From NCBI RefSeq assembly GCF_009834535.1, contig NC_045703.1, positions 33,728,001 through 33,792,000 of the forward strand: a DNA stretch of 64,000 nucleotides, written 5' to 3'. Shown one piece after another: positions 50,560 through 63,087 of the stretch. The position numbers and the translations under genes are program-made. How positions within the stretch are numbered: position 1 is the stretch's first letter; the number at the start of each line of letters is the position of its first letter. The notes below the pieces were generated by a model that saw only the letters and a program-made list of their open reading frames with translations, was not told where the DNA came from and ran no database searches. Source of the DNA: Camelus ferus. Lineage: Eukaryota.

Positions 50560-50790
50560 ATACTAGGTACCATTTTAAACTCTTGACCAATAATTAATTT
50601 AATCCATATAAGACCACTAGGACATAGGTATATTATTATCATCCCTATTTCCAGATGAGGAAACCCCTATTTCCACCTTGAGGCTCAGAGAGCTAAGATA
50701 ACTCACCCAAAGTCTTAGCTGAGATGGAAGAGAGGCGGGATCTCAGCGCAGGCAGCCGGGGTTCACAGCCTGGCTTGTACATCTCTACTA
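50560..50790 (-). mobile_element. MIR SINE
   Basis: ccctatttccagatgaggaaac...gaggctcagagagctaagataactcacccaaagtc. Confidence 0.75.
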
Positions 50791-51278
50791 CTATCAGGTA
50801 ACAGGCTCAACAGGAATTTATTAAAACTAACAGGAAACTTATAGGAATACCCTGGCTGAGGCAATCCTGTACTTTTTGTTATCCAGATCCTGGATACTCA
50901 GTAACTTCTGTTCATACTCCGTGCCTGTCTTTAATCCCTTTATTTGTGTATGTCTTATATATGGGTCTCTTTTTAATAGGTTATTATGGACTTCAAATGT
51001 TCTCGAATCTGTCTTCCAATAAATTTAACAACTGAGCTACGAATGCAGAGGCTCCCAACTGCCTTTGCTTATGCACAAATTAAAGACGGTGCCTGGTGAT
51101 GGCCTTCACCCACATGGGCCCTCCTTTGGAGTGTTGATCTGACCCTGGGGAAAGTACATGACAATTCTGCTCCTGTTTCAGGTCTTGAAGACCCAGGATT
51201 CCCCGATGGGATTCTGTGTACCAACCAATTGTCACAGAAATTTGAATTTAGATGAAAAAAAAAATCCCATTTAAAGTA

Positions 51279-51358
51279 CTAACACCACACCATCAGCGGC
51301 AGCACAGTCAGCAGCACGGTGACAAACGCTAGCAGGGCAGCCCAGTGCTGTGTAAGAC
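51279..51358 (-). CDS. Candidate terminal coding exon (G)LTQHWAALLAFVTVLLTVLPLMVWC*; protein not recognised
   Basis: About 45-nt pyrimidine tract then caag|GT. Hydrophobic 20-aa stretch before TAG, GC3-rich codons (CTG x5, GTG x3), AATAAA on the minus strand at 50939-50944. Confidence 0.3.
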
Positions 51359-51809
51359 CTTGAGGGATGGAGGAGGTTCGAGGCAAGAAAGGAAGATGAG
51401 GAAGGCATTGCAGCTGTGACCCTGGGCATGGTGGCGGGCTGAGGGTCCTGCTCTTAGGCTTTGGCAGTGGGGGGACACCTGGGAACAGGACACCCCTTGG
51501 CAGTGCCTCTCTCCCTATAATTGAAGCCTTTTTGCCCAGTCTCCTTTCTAGCTCTCGATTCTTGCTAGAAGGCAATTTTCTCCCAATTTAAAAACTGCTG
51601 ACTGTCCTGACCTCTTGCTACACTCCTCTGCTGCCTGGAGTCCCCAGCTTTGATGCTCCTAGTTCTGATCTGTTCTACCCAGGTTGATTTCCATTTGATA
51701 AGGTTCTTTGACTTCCACTGAATCACCAGGTCCTGGTTATCTGAAATTATAGAGACAATAAAGCTAATATGATATGAATTCTGAAGTGGAGATGATGTGG
51801 GAAACAAAC

Positions 51810-51975
51810 ATTTACAGCAAGGCTTTGGGCAAGGAAAGCTTTAACGGCTTAGATTCTCATCTGGAGGTAGTAAACACATTTTTGTATGTTGTAATCCATG
51901 CGAGGGCCACATCACACTGTTAGACCAGTGGTTAGGTTAAGTAAGCTATTAATATTATTGTTGCTATTGTTATTA
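51810..51975 (+). mobile_element. MIR remnant
   Basis: ctttgggcaagg...ttctcatctggagg...gtaagctattaatattattgttg. Confidence 0.5.
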
Positions 51976-52274
51976 TTGATTGGAACCTTCAGATTAGCCT
52001 CAGTTTCCTCATTTCCTCCTCAGTACCCTTTGTAGATCAGCTACTGCATGTTATTAACCGATCAGTAACAGCTCTAGGTAACATGGGAATCACTATCTTA
52101 GTAAAAACATGAGCAAGTTATCATTTCACAGGGGACTCAGGGGGAGGAGTTTTTGTGTTTATAATTTATGATAGCATTGCCTGTCCACCAATCTCTGCTT
52201 CTATATATTAAATTTAATAACTATTTATATAATTCTTTTAATACTCATGTGACATCATGGTAATGGCTTTTTGT

Positions 52275-52408
52275 GAAGATCCATCATGTCTCCCCTCCTA
52301 GACTGTAACTACACAAGGCAGGACTGTGTCTCTCGGTGTTTTGTGTCTTCACAGATCATCTTGTTTTGCACATGGTAGAAATTCAATTAAAATCTGTTGA
52401 CTGACTGG
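52275..52408 (+). mobile_element. L2 3' terminal fragment
   Basis: ccctcctagactgtaact...aggcaggactgtgtct...gcacatggtagaaattcaattaaaatctgttgactgact. Confidence 0.75.
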
Positions 52409-52620
52409 TCCTTCTAAGTAAGGAAGAGAATATGTGTACCACACACTGTGAATGGGACCTCTTGTAGAACTAAGTGGTTCTTCTACAGAGACAGAACTCT
52501 AGAGGATAAGCTGCTAAACCTTCAAGTTAAAAAATCAATGTGTTACATCAATATGATCATCTTTATTTATTGGGAAGGATATCACTAAGATTTTCAGACG
52601 TTTTTGCTGGAATCCCTAAA

Positions 52621-52677
52621 CAGACAGATACAGATATAGATAAGATACAGAACAGACATAGATACAGACACAGATAC
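52621..52677. repeat. Degenerate (AGATAC)n hexamer repeat
   Basis: cagacagatacagatatagataagatacagaacagacatagatacagacacagatac. Confidence 0.85.
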
Positions 52678-53669
52678 TTATCTGAGGGATGACTTAGAGC
52701 ATCAGTCTGCAATTCATGTGCTTCTCCAAACATCTCAAAAAGCAAGCTAAAATTCATAACTATTTAACAAAAAGCAACTGATGGCAATAAAATTCTATTA
52801 ATAAATTGTTTTCATTTTTTAAAAGTGGAATTTCTTATTTAGATTTCACTTTTGCTAGTGATATATCAAGATAAAAATACAAAAATAAGTTATCAACAAG
52901 TTGAGTTGTTTATTACACATTTAAGAACGCAGCTTAATTAATAGTCCAAAGTGCCACATATAGGTAAATTATGACAATTCATGTAACAAAAATAACTAAC
53001 CTGTGTTGAGTTGTATTTTTATACTAAGTATATTAATGACTTTTCTCATTACAGAAACAGAGGAAATTTGCAAAGTTGAGTATTCTTTGGCCACAAACTT
53101 AATATTATCTATTCAACTATATCAGACTATATACCATTTCAATCAATGTAACAGTAATAAAATTTTTTCAAATGTTTTAGATCTTTTAAAACTAATGTTT
53201 ACCACGCATTTTTCCCAGAGATAAATACTATAAAAACTACTGTGTAAAAATTATATGATTAATATCCTTCTCTGTGTTTTCATACAAGAAATATGCCTAA
53301 GATAATTAAAATTTTAAGGCATTTTCTTAAAATTCTCTCAAGTCATTCTTTTAATAGTAAGATACTAGTTTAAAGATACTACATCTATAATCAGATATTA
53401 AAAGGTACTAACAGGGTTTTAATAGAAAAGTCAGGATATTAAAACTAGAATGTGTAGGTTTTTCAGGTCCACACAGAGAAAAGATAATGGGCTCTCAGCA
53501 GCTACAGCCATCACTGTCATTACCAGAGGTTAGAGTAATCTAAGTGATAAGGTTCTAGGTTATTTCAGTCTAACAGGTAAAAACACACTCTGAGCCATGC
53601 TCTGTGCTAACTGGTGGGCTGGCCTGGCCTGGGGACATAACCACGTTAGTATTTTTAAATGTTTGCCCT

Positions 53670-54200
53670 GGATGCAGTGTGTGAGATGGATCTGAGGGGG
53701 CAAAAGAAGCTGCACAGCGTGGCTATACCGATGAGAACAATAGTGACAGCAGCCACCGCGCAGCTCAGCCGAGTGGTGGGAGCAGAAGCGAGACGTCAGG
53801 GGCTTGAGTAATGCCCGAGAAGAGGAGAAGCGGGCAACAGTGTGGACTCATTCAAGAATTTGAGTGGTAAAGGTAAATGGAATGAGGGAGGTAGAGCTGT
53901 AGTTAGTCAAAAATTGGGCAGAGGGAAGACTGTTTTTTAGAATGGAAAACCTCAATTATTGGGTAGGAGAGGCGATAGTTGAGAAGGAACAACTGTGGAT
54001 AATGAAGAGGAGACCGACTGACGGGACGCTGTCACAGGCAGTTGAGGGACAAGGTCCAGTCACACAAGTTAAAGAATTAACCATGGGCAGGAGAGTGAGC
54101 ATCTCTTACAGAAGGGGCGGGCAGGAGGTAAGTTGAAATGACTGACAGGGAAGTTGGTACAGTTTATGCTTAACAATTTCTGTTTTCCATGTAAGTAAGT
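53670..54200 (-). mobile_element. L2 ORF2-region remnant
   Basis: Purine-rich antisense L2-like text (gtggactcattcaagaatttgagtggtaaagg; ggaggtagagctgtagtt; gagggacaaggtccagtcacacaagt). Confidence 0.55.
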
Positions 54201-54559
54201 ATGGCCTGAGTATTAAAGAGAGCGACAATAATCAGTTAATATGAACAGAACTGAAGCTGACCTCTGACTAACTTGCAGAGGAAGAAAGAGAGACGAGGGA
54301 AGTAGGGTTTGATCATTTTTATGCTATAAACACAGCATGAAGTACATGTATGTCTTACCTAACAACAGATTTTTTTTTCCAAATCTATTTACAGTACATT
54401 CTGTGCTAAATCATAAGTGCAAATTCTTAGTATCTATTAATTAGATATGTTTTCCAACACTTACTTTCTGGAACTCTCAAGTTTTGGAAGGACAAAGCTT
54501 CCTCCTCCCCCTTCCCAACGTGCCCATCCGTCTTTGTCAAAACCCTGCAGGAGAGTGTT

Positions 54560-54680
54560 TCTACCTCCATATTCATTCATCGGACGTGTAGTTACGGAGG
54601 ACCTCAGTATAGGCATGATGCTAAAATAAGAGAGTTTCTGTCCTCATGGAACTTACTGTCTACTGGAGGGTATCACGCAT
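54560..54680 (-). mobile_element. L2 3' terminal fragment
   Basis: attcattcatcggacg...ctgtcctcatggaacttactgtctactgg. Confidence 0.6.
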
Positions 54681-56165
54681 TACAGATTCCTACCAGAAGC
54701 CACAGCAGTAAAATTTCTCTGTCTTGCACATCCTATTTTGAGGATGATTTTTTATAAATAATTAGGCCACTGATCACCTAAAGAATCTTTCCATGAGATA
54801 CGATCTATGAATCAAATTATAATATTCTTTCATAAGACTCAATAATTCTGTCTCTTGTATCTAGATAAGACTATTACCATGTCTTTTAGAAGTGTTTTGT
54901 AATATGTACTTTCGATTAAGTTTTACCAACATGCTTCCTCTCACATTTAAAATGAAATGAAAAGGTTTTAAAACACTGCAAATACATTAATTTTTTTCAC
55001 ATTATACATATATCTACCTTAAAAATGACTGAAATACCAAAACAGCAATGTTACTTAACAATAAATAAAAAAAACTCAACTACTTAGAATGCATGGGAAG
55101 GTATGAACTATTATATTCTGAGGTTCACCGATAGTGATTCAAGAATCTCTTCTTGCGGAGTAAGTTTTTCTTGAAAATGCTGTCAAAAATACCTTTCTTC
55201 CTTAGAAATATACTATATGTAAATGAATCTATCTTTGATAATTGAAGATTTTGCTATCCCTATAAATATAACCAGAAAATTATTAGTAGTATCCTTGAAA
55301 ATACAGACAGTGTGGAATATCTAAATAAACATATTATGGTATTTTGTTGCTATTGTTTCCAGTAAGTTTCTTCTATGAGTTTGCTTTCTTTTAATTATCA
55401 TCAATATAGGTCTGAGAAATAAGGGGTATAGGAATGGATATCTCTGTTGGGCTCTAGATGACTGAGAGTTTTACAAAATATTCAAACAATGAATTTTTGT
55501 TTTTCTGGTAGATAGGCATTTAATAATTAAATTATAATTTTCTTTCAGGACTCTGGGCCTGTTAGACATACATACTTTTTAGTAAAATACTTCACAGTCT
55601 TTATTAACCACTTTTATTCTGACAGTAATAACCTCCATCTTAATATTCAAAAACAGATAAGAAGACTTGAAAAACAAAGATTTTCTATATGCTTTGAACT
55701 CTTATTTTATATACTATCTTTCTTCATTAAATTTGGTTTAAAAAAATTCTTCTTAGCTAGTTAAACAGTGAATTATCCAATTCTCCAGATAAGAAAAAAA
55801 CTATTTGAACTTCTAACATATCTCTTAATCTTCAAAGCTTTGAAATTTGTTATTTTCAGGTAACTTTCTGCCAATCTTGTTTTAGATAGAATCTCATTTC
55901 TTTTAAAGTTTCTGTCGTTAGTTTCTAAGTGAAAAAGAAAAGCACAAAGCTCACTGATAAAGTCTCAAGTTGAGGTAGTGTTTCGGTGGTGCATAACAGT
56001 GTTTATGGACCACAATGTCAGCAGCACTCTAACCACTCTTGGGAAGGACAAAGGGCGTATGGGGCACAGCATCACTAGTCTCCTCTCAAAACTGGTCATA
56101 AGAGAAAACGGATATGGTGAGAGATTCATTCCCCAACCCTATAGCCATCAAGTGTCAACAGTAAT

Positions 56166-56620
56166 TAACTAAGTGAAATAAGCCAGACAAAGACGAACAC
56201 TGAGTGGCATTACTTATATGTGGAATCTTTTTAAAAATGTCAAATTTATAGAAACAGAGAGTAGAAAAGTGGTTGCTAGGGGCTCAGGGGTGGGGGAAAT
56301 GAGGAGAGGTAAAAGGGTACAAACTTTCCTCTATAAGATGAATAAGGTCTGAGGATCTAATGTAAAACACGGTGACTATAGTTGATAACACTGTATTGTA
56401 TAATTGATATTTGCTAAGAGAGTAGAACTTATTTCCACGCCCCCCAACCAAAAAAAAAAAAAAAAGATAACTATGTGTGGTGATGGACGTGTTAATTAAA
56501 TAGATGGGGGGGAATCCTTTCACAATGTATATGTACATCAAATCATCACAATATACATTTTAAATATCACAATTTTAATTGTTAATTATACCTCAATAAA
56601 GCTGAAAAAAAATTTAAAAT
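56166..56620 (+). mobile_element. L1MA/MB-type LINE-1 3' UTR with TSD
   Basis: ctaagtgaaataagccagac...gaaacagagagtagaaaagtggttgctaggggc...cctcaataaagctgaaaaaaa. acagtaat is duplicated at 56158-56165 and 56621-56628. Confidence 0.92.
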
Positions 56621-56679
56621 ACAGTAATAGAAAAGTAACACCCATATTCATTTGTAGGGAGATAGATTTTTATAATCAG

Positions 56680-57360
56680 AAGTAAAAGCTGATAACATGG
56701 TGTAGTGAAAGAATGTGAAATACATAAAATATAAAGAAAAATATAAAGAGTTCTTATAATAACAACCCCAAAAGACTCACTATCAACCTTGTATTGTGTC
56801 TCTTTCCAGACTCTGTTCTAGGCATGTCTAAACAAATTTTTTTTAAAGGATCATACTATGAATATTATTTTGAAAACTGCCTTTTTACTTAATATAGTAT
56901 TGTTCCTATTCTAAAAATAAAAATAGAGCCACATTATTATATGTATGATACATAGTACATAATTTATTTAACTCATTCCCTATTGATTGACATTTAGATT
57001 GCTTCCAGACCTTTGCTCTTACAAACTCAATGATGAAAAACATTGTCTACATATCATGCATTTAGAATTATTTCAGGATGCATTTCTGGAAGTAGTAATA
57101 TATCAAAGGGCATGCATGTATAATCTGAATTTTGATACATATTTACAAACTGCACTTCTAAGTGTACCATATCATTCCACCATCAATGCTATATGAAAAT
57201 GTCCATTTCTTCAACCTTACGCATTATAAAAAATATTATAATTCACCTTTATCTTGCCCAATGGAATTCAGCTTTAACCAGAGTTCTTATTACAGATGTT
57301 GAACATATTTTCATGTGCTTACTGGCCATTTTCATCTTTCCTGTTCTCTCATTTTCCTTT
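56680..57360 (-). mobile_element. Old L1 (L1ME-like) 3' fragment
   Basis: tttatttaactcattccctattgattgacatttagattgcttccag...gttgaacatattttcatgtgcttactggccatt. Confidence 0.75.
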
Positions 57361-57399
57361 TCTTTCTTCTTCTTCTTTTTGAGTTGTTGCTCTTTTAAA

Positions 57400-57576
57400 T
57401 TTCTTTTTTTTAATTGAAGTACAGTGATTTACAATATTGTTTTAGTTTCAGGTGTACAGAAAAGTGATTCAGTTATATATATAGACGTATATATTCTTTT
57501 TTTCAATTCTTTTCCATTATAGTTTATTACAAGATATTGAATATAAATCCCTGTGCTAATAGAGTAAATCTTTGTG
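57400..57576 (-). mobile_element. Younger L1 3' end (artiodactyl-type)
   Basis: ttttttaattgaagtacagtgatttacaatattgttttagtttcaggtgtacagaaaagtgattcagt...tacaagatattgaatataaatccctgtgcta. Confidence 0.88.
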
Positions 57577-57679
57577 AGGTTTTTTGTCTGTTTTTTTTCT
57601 TTTTTTTAAGCTACAGATCTGAAAGTTTTTCATGTTCATTCCATTCAGTAGATGTGTGTGTATCAGATGTTCAGTGAAA

Positions 57680-58350
57680 ACCTTGAGCTGATGATTTAAC
57701 CTGAGGGTGACCTATGGAGTCATTTCAAGTCCAGTAACAGATGTGGTCTCCTATGAGGAGAGTTGAGACAACAAGGAGAAATGGGTCCAGGACAAAATCT
57801 AGGAAAAATGTAACACTGAGAAATTGAGTAGAAGAAGCTACATCAGCAAAGAATAGAAAGCAAGAACTGTTCACAAGGTAGCAAGAATGCCAAAAGACTA
57901 TGGTGTCACAACAAGAGAAGAAAATGTATGAAAATGGAGAAAGGGGTTGATGATGTGTAATTCTACTGAGAGGCTTAAAAAAAGTCTGTGGGATTTGGCT
58001 GCCTGGAGGTCACTGGTGACCTTAATGTCAAAGCAGTTCTACTAGGAAGTGGGGAGTGGCAATGGTGCAGAAGCCAACCTGGAGTGGGTTAATGAGTGAA
58101 GTGGATTCCAAGTGGCAGACGCAGCATGCATAAACACTCCTTTCAAGTAGCTTGAGTGTGAGAATGGAGCAGGAATGTTGGGTAGTTGCTGGAGGGAAGG
58201 TCTGGGCCAAGTTTGGATATATCAGCTCACTTTGATGGAAAAGATCCTGTAGAGAAGTAGCTGCTTTGTAGGAGAATGATGGAAAAACCCAAGGAGATCA
58301 TTTTTTTAAGAAAGTGAGAGTCAATGGGTTCTAGCAAAGGCCTGGCTCTC
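57680..58350 (-). mobile_element. L2 ORF2-region fragment
   Basis: gggatttggctgcctggaggtcactggtgaccttaatgtcaaagcagt...gaagccaacctggagtgggttaatgagtgaa. Confidence 0.8.
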
Positions 58351-58369
58351 GATATCTCTGGCCAGTGTT

Positions 58370-58920
58370 ACTGATGTCCTTCAGACCAAATCTCATGACC
58401 AGTTTTCAATTCTTATCTTACTAGATATAGTTAACATCATTGGCTACTTATTCCCGCTACTCCTTGACTTCCATGACACCCCTCTCTCTTGGTTCTCTTC
58501 TGTCCTTTCTGAGTGTATCTTCTAACCTCTTTGGGGAGGCATCTCTTCTTTGCCCACCCATTCTGGGTGTATTTCAGGATTCCATCGCTGGCTCATTTTT
58601 CTTCTCATTCTACATGCTGTCCCTAGGTGATCTCTTTTCATCTTATGGACAAAATACAGTTTATATATCAATGGCACTCACATTGCAACCTAGTTTGAAT
58701 CTCAGGAAATAGATCTTACATCCAATTGCTTGATCTACACCTTCACCCCAAATCCCACGGGTACCTAAATCTCAAGAAACCCAATCTAAACTCATCACTC
58801 TCACTTTACTTTAAGGTTTGTTTTCTATCTTCTCTTCTATCAGTTAATGACATTGTCAACTACCAGGGGCCATATCCAGAAACCCTGGTCATACTCTATT
58901 TCTTCCTCTCCCTCCCCACT
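58370..58920 (+). mobile_element. L2 ORF2-region fragment
   Basis: ccaaatctcatgaccagttttcaattcttatctta...cttccatgacacccctctctcttggtt...tccctaggtgatctc. Confidence 0.8.
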
Positions 58921-61900
58921 TATATGCAAGGCCATGTTCAATGGCTAATTTGAAGGAATCATCATAGGGGAAAGGGTTGAAGATAAAGGAGATTTGATCT
59001 TCTTTTTGAAGAAAGAAGCAAGCTTATCCATTTAGATAGAGTTGAGAAATATGTTTGGGATGTGATGGCTAGAGGTGAGGGAAGGTGTGATATTGTCATA
59101 GAGAACTAAAAAGAGAGCTAGTAGGAAAACATAATAGGACTGACATAGTGTTGATAGTGTTGATATCATGTTGGGCCCAATGGGGAGAAAGACTGCTAAT
59201 TGATATCCTGACTTAAAATTAAGTGTCCTCATTTGGTAGTTTCTAAAGTGCACTGTAAAACTTTCTGATATTTGTCATAAGGATGGGTTATAAGTGAGAC
59301 CAGTTTTACTGGGTTCTTTGGGCTCTGCCTTATTGCTCAGGTTGTTAGTCTCAAAGGCAGCTCAGAGGTGAGTGGAATCAGCACAATCTGTAGGAAAAGC
59401 AAATAGTTTAATTTCTCGGGTATCAGTGAATTTTCTTGCCTGAAATATCCCTTCTCTCATGCTTGTCGATGTCCTAAATTTGCCTAAAAGTAAAATGCTT
59501 GAATTCAGAGATAAGGTTTAAAAATCAGGGAGCATTTCACGAGAACTTGAACTCAGAAAAGTTTAAAAAATTGGTTTTTGAAAGTAAAAGGCGTCAAAGA
59601 TCTCACTTCCCCCTCATTAAATTAAGTTAAATGGAGAAGCATTAGCTTACTATATATAAGCCAAGCCTGTTCTTGAGAGAAACAAGAAAAACAATTACTG
59701 ATTGTCATTTTTCATTTTTAAATGCAATGTGTGGGTTTCTTTTCCAAAAATTCACAGAAGTGCATCAAATTATGAGGACTAGAAAATAACATTCATACTT
59801 ATCATGCAGGTTGGAGAACAATAATTTGCCAGTATTCATGTCAATATTTTTCTGCATCACAGCCATGTCGCCAAGAACCTTTCGATAGGTGACAAGTACC
59901 AGCTTGTTTCAAAGAAAATGTTTGCTCCAATTTTAGTTGATCAAAAGGTATCAAAAAGATACACAAAACGTCTGTATTTGAACATTTTGAAGTAATTGGC
60001 TAAGCTAAGCTTCTTGTCCATATCCAGTATTTAAATATTAGTTCAAAGTCAAATATACAAGGGGAAAATTCAGTTTCCACTGCAAAAAGCATGTCTAGTT
60101 GCCTCCTAGGTGCATCTTTGGTACTTGCTGCTCTCCTGTCTGCAGAGATTGGTGGCTCCCACTTTTTACTGCATCGTCTGTGTCTTGCCTCTAAACAGAA
60201 ATGCCAACCTAGGCTCAAAGCACAGTCATGTACATCTTGACACAAAATCTCAGAAATGGCAAATGTGACACAGAATGAATTGGTCTATCAAGAAGCATGA
60301 AAAAAATTAAATAACTAAAGATTTATTGGTGGATAATTTAATAATGATAAGAATAGAAGTGACAAAAATGAGTCAGTATGATGAAATTATTTTTGCCGTA
60401 ATAATCCAGCTACCTCAGTAAAAGAGGACACTTGGTACTGACTATTTTTAAAGGGGATCCACTTACATTACAGCTGGAAGCTTTGTTAGGATGTTTAAAA
60501 ACTTCGGGGGGGGTTGTTCATACATTTTTATAATAATAATCAACAAAGAACAGAGGCTAATGAACAGCTAGAAATATGATGTATGTACCACCCACCCTTT
60601 CCCACCTTTATGCAGGATATCGAGAAGAGGGTGTCCAGATGTGGAGTTTAGGGTGGGTCTCTGGGCCTTGAGGTGAGGGATGGTAAAGAGGACAGCAGAT
60701 CCCAGAGGACAGAGCAGAGATTCAGATTCAGAGAAGAAAAGAGAGTCTCTCTTCCTAGAATCAAGGGAGCAGATGTACTTCTAGCCTCTGGAGCTGGGCT
60801 GTCTACTTACTTATTTACTTCTATAAGGCAGGGGTTTGATCAAAGGAACAACTTGCTAGAATCCAGGGAACAAGCTGGACCAACCAAACAGCTAATCAGG
60901 CCAAGCCTCCATGGGATCTTAGAATCCCCAAGGGCCCGGGAGAGGGTGCCACGGGAACCAGAAGCCAGGCAGAACACTTCATTTGTACAATATCCACGTC
61001 AGTATACTCCTTCATAAATTCCAGGTCACCACTTTCACAACGTGTGGATTTCTCAGACATCTTTCTGGGAAAAATTTATGTTGCTGCCTTCCCTCCCCCT
61101 AGTTCTCATGAGGCAAGTCTCTACAGACACATCTAAGGAATAGAGAAAAAAATACTCTCCCTGTGTTCAGATATAGAACATTAAGTTTGTAAACCACATA
61201 GAGGTCCTGAGCTTTCTGTCAGACAATCAGTCATGAATGCCCACTCTCCTCAATCATAGTCACTAAGATTGGCCCAGGAACCTCCCTCTCCTGGCTCTTT
61301 GACCTTGTGTGCTGTCTGTGGTGCAGACACTTATGCCAGACCCCAAGTCCGCAGGCCCTTCAATGCCACCATGTGTGTAGGTTTCCACTCCCCCCCAATC
61401 CAGGTGTGTGGCCTCACTCAACTCCCTGAGGGAGGATTTGACATAGAAGGTATTCTTATTCTTGGAATAAGAAGTACTAACAGAGAAAAGGGTAAGAGGG
61501 AAGTCTGCTTGGGATCTGCCCCGGTTTCTCTCTGCCATTGCTGCTCTTCCTCATGAGTTAAAGGAACAGAAAATAAACAGGAAGGATAGAAACAGTATAC
61601 ATTCCCTGAACACTTACCTAATATTTTTATAAATAACAGTTAAAACTGTTCTGTTTCGTTAAAAAAAAAAAAAAACTAACTTCCATTCTAACCCAATTAC
61701 AAGAAGAAACATATCTGAAACAGTCCGAATTCTGCTCTGACCAATTCTCACTATTTCCCAAAGTATAAACTACAGGACACCCACAGGTAGTTGCTTGTCA
61801 AACAACAATTCCAAAATGAGGAATTGAGCTGTTTCATGCAATCAGTCATTTGTTTGGGTAAAAAGTACTAAAGGCAGCAGTTAAAAAGTTGGAGGTGTGG

Positions 61901-62344
61901 TAAGGAATATTTTTTTATCCCTTGTTAAACACTTTAAATCAAATATGTTGAGGAGGGAGTAAGGCGTTAAGGGTGGAAACTAGGGGATAGACAGGCTTTA
62001 ATGAGTAAGAGGTCAAGCTGGTGCTCAAGGCAGTGTCTGGTCTGGATGAAGCCCCACACCAGGGACAGCCTAGGCCACAGACGGTCACTGAATATTCCAA
62101 AGAGGAGGTGGTGGGACTCTGAAGATGTCCCGCAGGCCTCATTCCAGTTCTCCAATATCTCAAGTTGCAGAATTTACTGTTTAAGCATTAAGAATTTTAT
62201 GGACTATTAGATCAATACCTTGTGTCACTTAACACTTAACACTATAAAATTTCATTAGTTGCTTTTCCAAAACTTTCAGCTAAAGTATAAACTAGTCACA
62301 GTTTTGAAAGAAAGCAGGAAATAGATTTGTTGATATATCAAGCA

Positions 62345-62530
62345 TGGCTCTAGGCAATATTATTATTATATCTTACAACCCAATCCTGTGAAGAAACAGT
62401 TATCTTCTTATTTGATGGGTGAAAATAGACTTACAGTGATCAACCATCTCACCTTGTATCTCACAGCTCCATGCAACAAAGCTCTAAGGTCTAATTCCAA
62501 AGCTCATGCTCTATTACATCATGATACTGT
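62345..62530 (-). mobile_element. MIR remnant
   Basis: atcttacaacccaatcctgtgaag...tttgatgggtgaaaatagac...aattccaaagctcatgctct. Confidence 0.55.
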
Positions 62531-62983
62531 GATGAAAAACCCACTATATTGTATATACCACCCATCAAAACAGAGACATTTCAAAGGGGACAGAGATGGC
62601 TCAAGGGAGGTCCAGAAACATTCAAAAATTAAAGCAAAATTTTAGTGGTTGTGTGATTTCTGGGATGGGGCAGTTTATAATTTTCATCAAATTCCCAAAG
62701 GGTTAAACCATAAAATCTGAAGAACCACCGCAGTCACTGTATTTAGAAACTAACAGCCATATTCTCCTTCAGTCCCACCATCTGGCATCCTGAGCTTATT
62801 CCCAGCATACTCGATTTTCTCCAGTGAGTGGAGCAAGGCTGGAAACCTTAGAGAGAAGAAGGAGATTAAATAATAATGAAATACATGCGAGTCCATTTAG
62901 CTATGTGTGCTGTCTGGCAGCTGCCCATGTACTTTCTGGTTATCAGTACAACCCAAGGGCTACTGCAGGTTCATTAATATAAT

Positions 62984-63087
62984 TTTAGGCTGGAAGATCC
63001 TTGGAGATCATAGAGTCCAATCCCCTGTTTACAGATGACAAAGCCAAGCCCGGACTGCAAGAGTGACTTGCAGGTTGTCACATAACC
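62984..63087 (-). mobile_element. MIR remnant
   Basis: ggctggaagatccttggagatcatagagtccaatcccctgtttacagatgacaaagcc...gagtgacttgc. Confidence 0.7.

Noticed and set aside
51279-51575. 98-aa ORF as a stand-alone membrane microprotein
   Set aside because: It starts at TTG (51573-75) and has no in-frame ATG until the last five residues. Only the spliced 3' part is retained as a candidate.
55127-55177. 51-nt minus-strand candidate (HFQEKLTPQEEILESLS)
   Set aside because: Weak donor (gtgaac), and an equally plausible plus-strand candidate overlaps it, so neither can be favoured.
60098-60190. Minus-strand frame RQDTDDAVKSGSHQSLQTGEQQVPKMHLGGN* after ctgtttag
   Set aside because: Modest acceptor, no nearby poly(A) signal, no recognised protein, and an alternative frame is equally open.
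61455-61475. 9-bp perfect hairpin ttcttattc-ttg-gaataagaa
   Set aside because: Too short and AT-rich for a pre-miRNA or terminator. Expected by chance in 64 kb.
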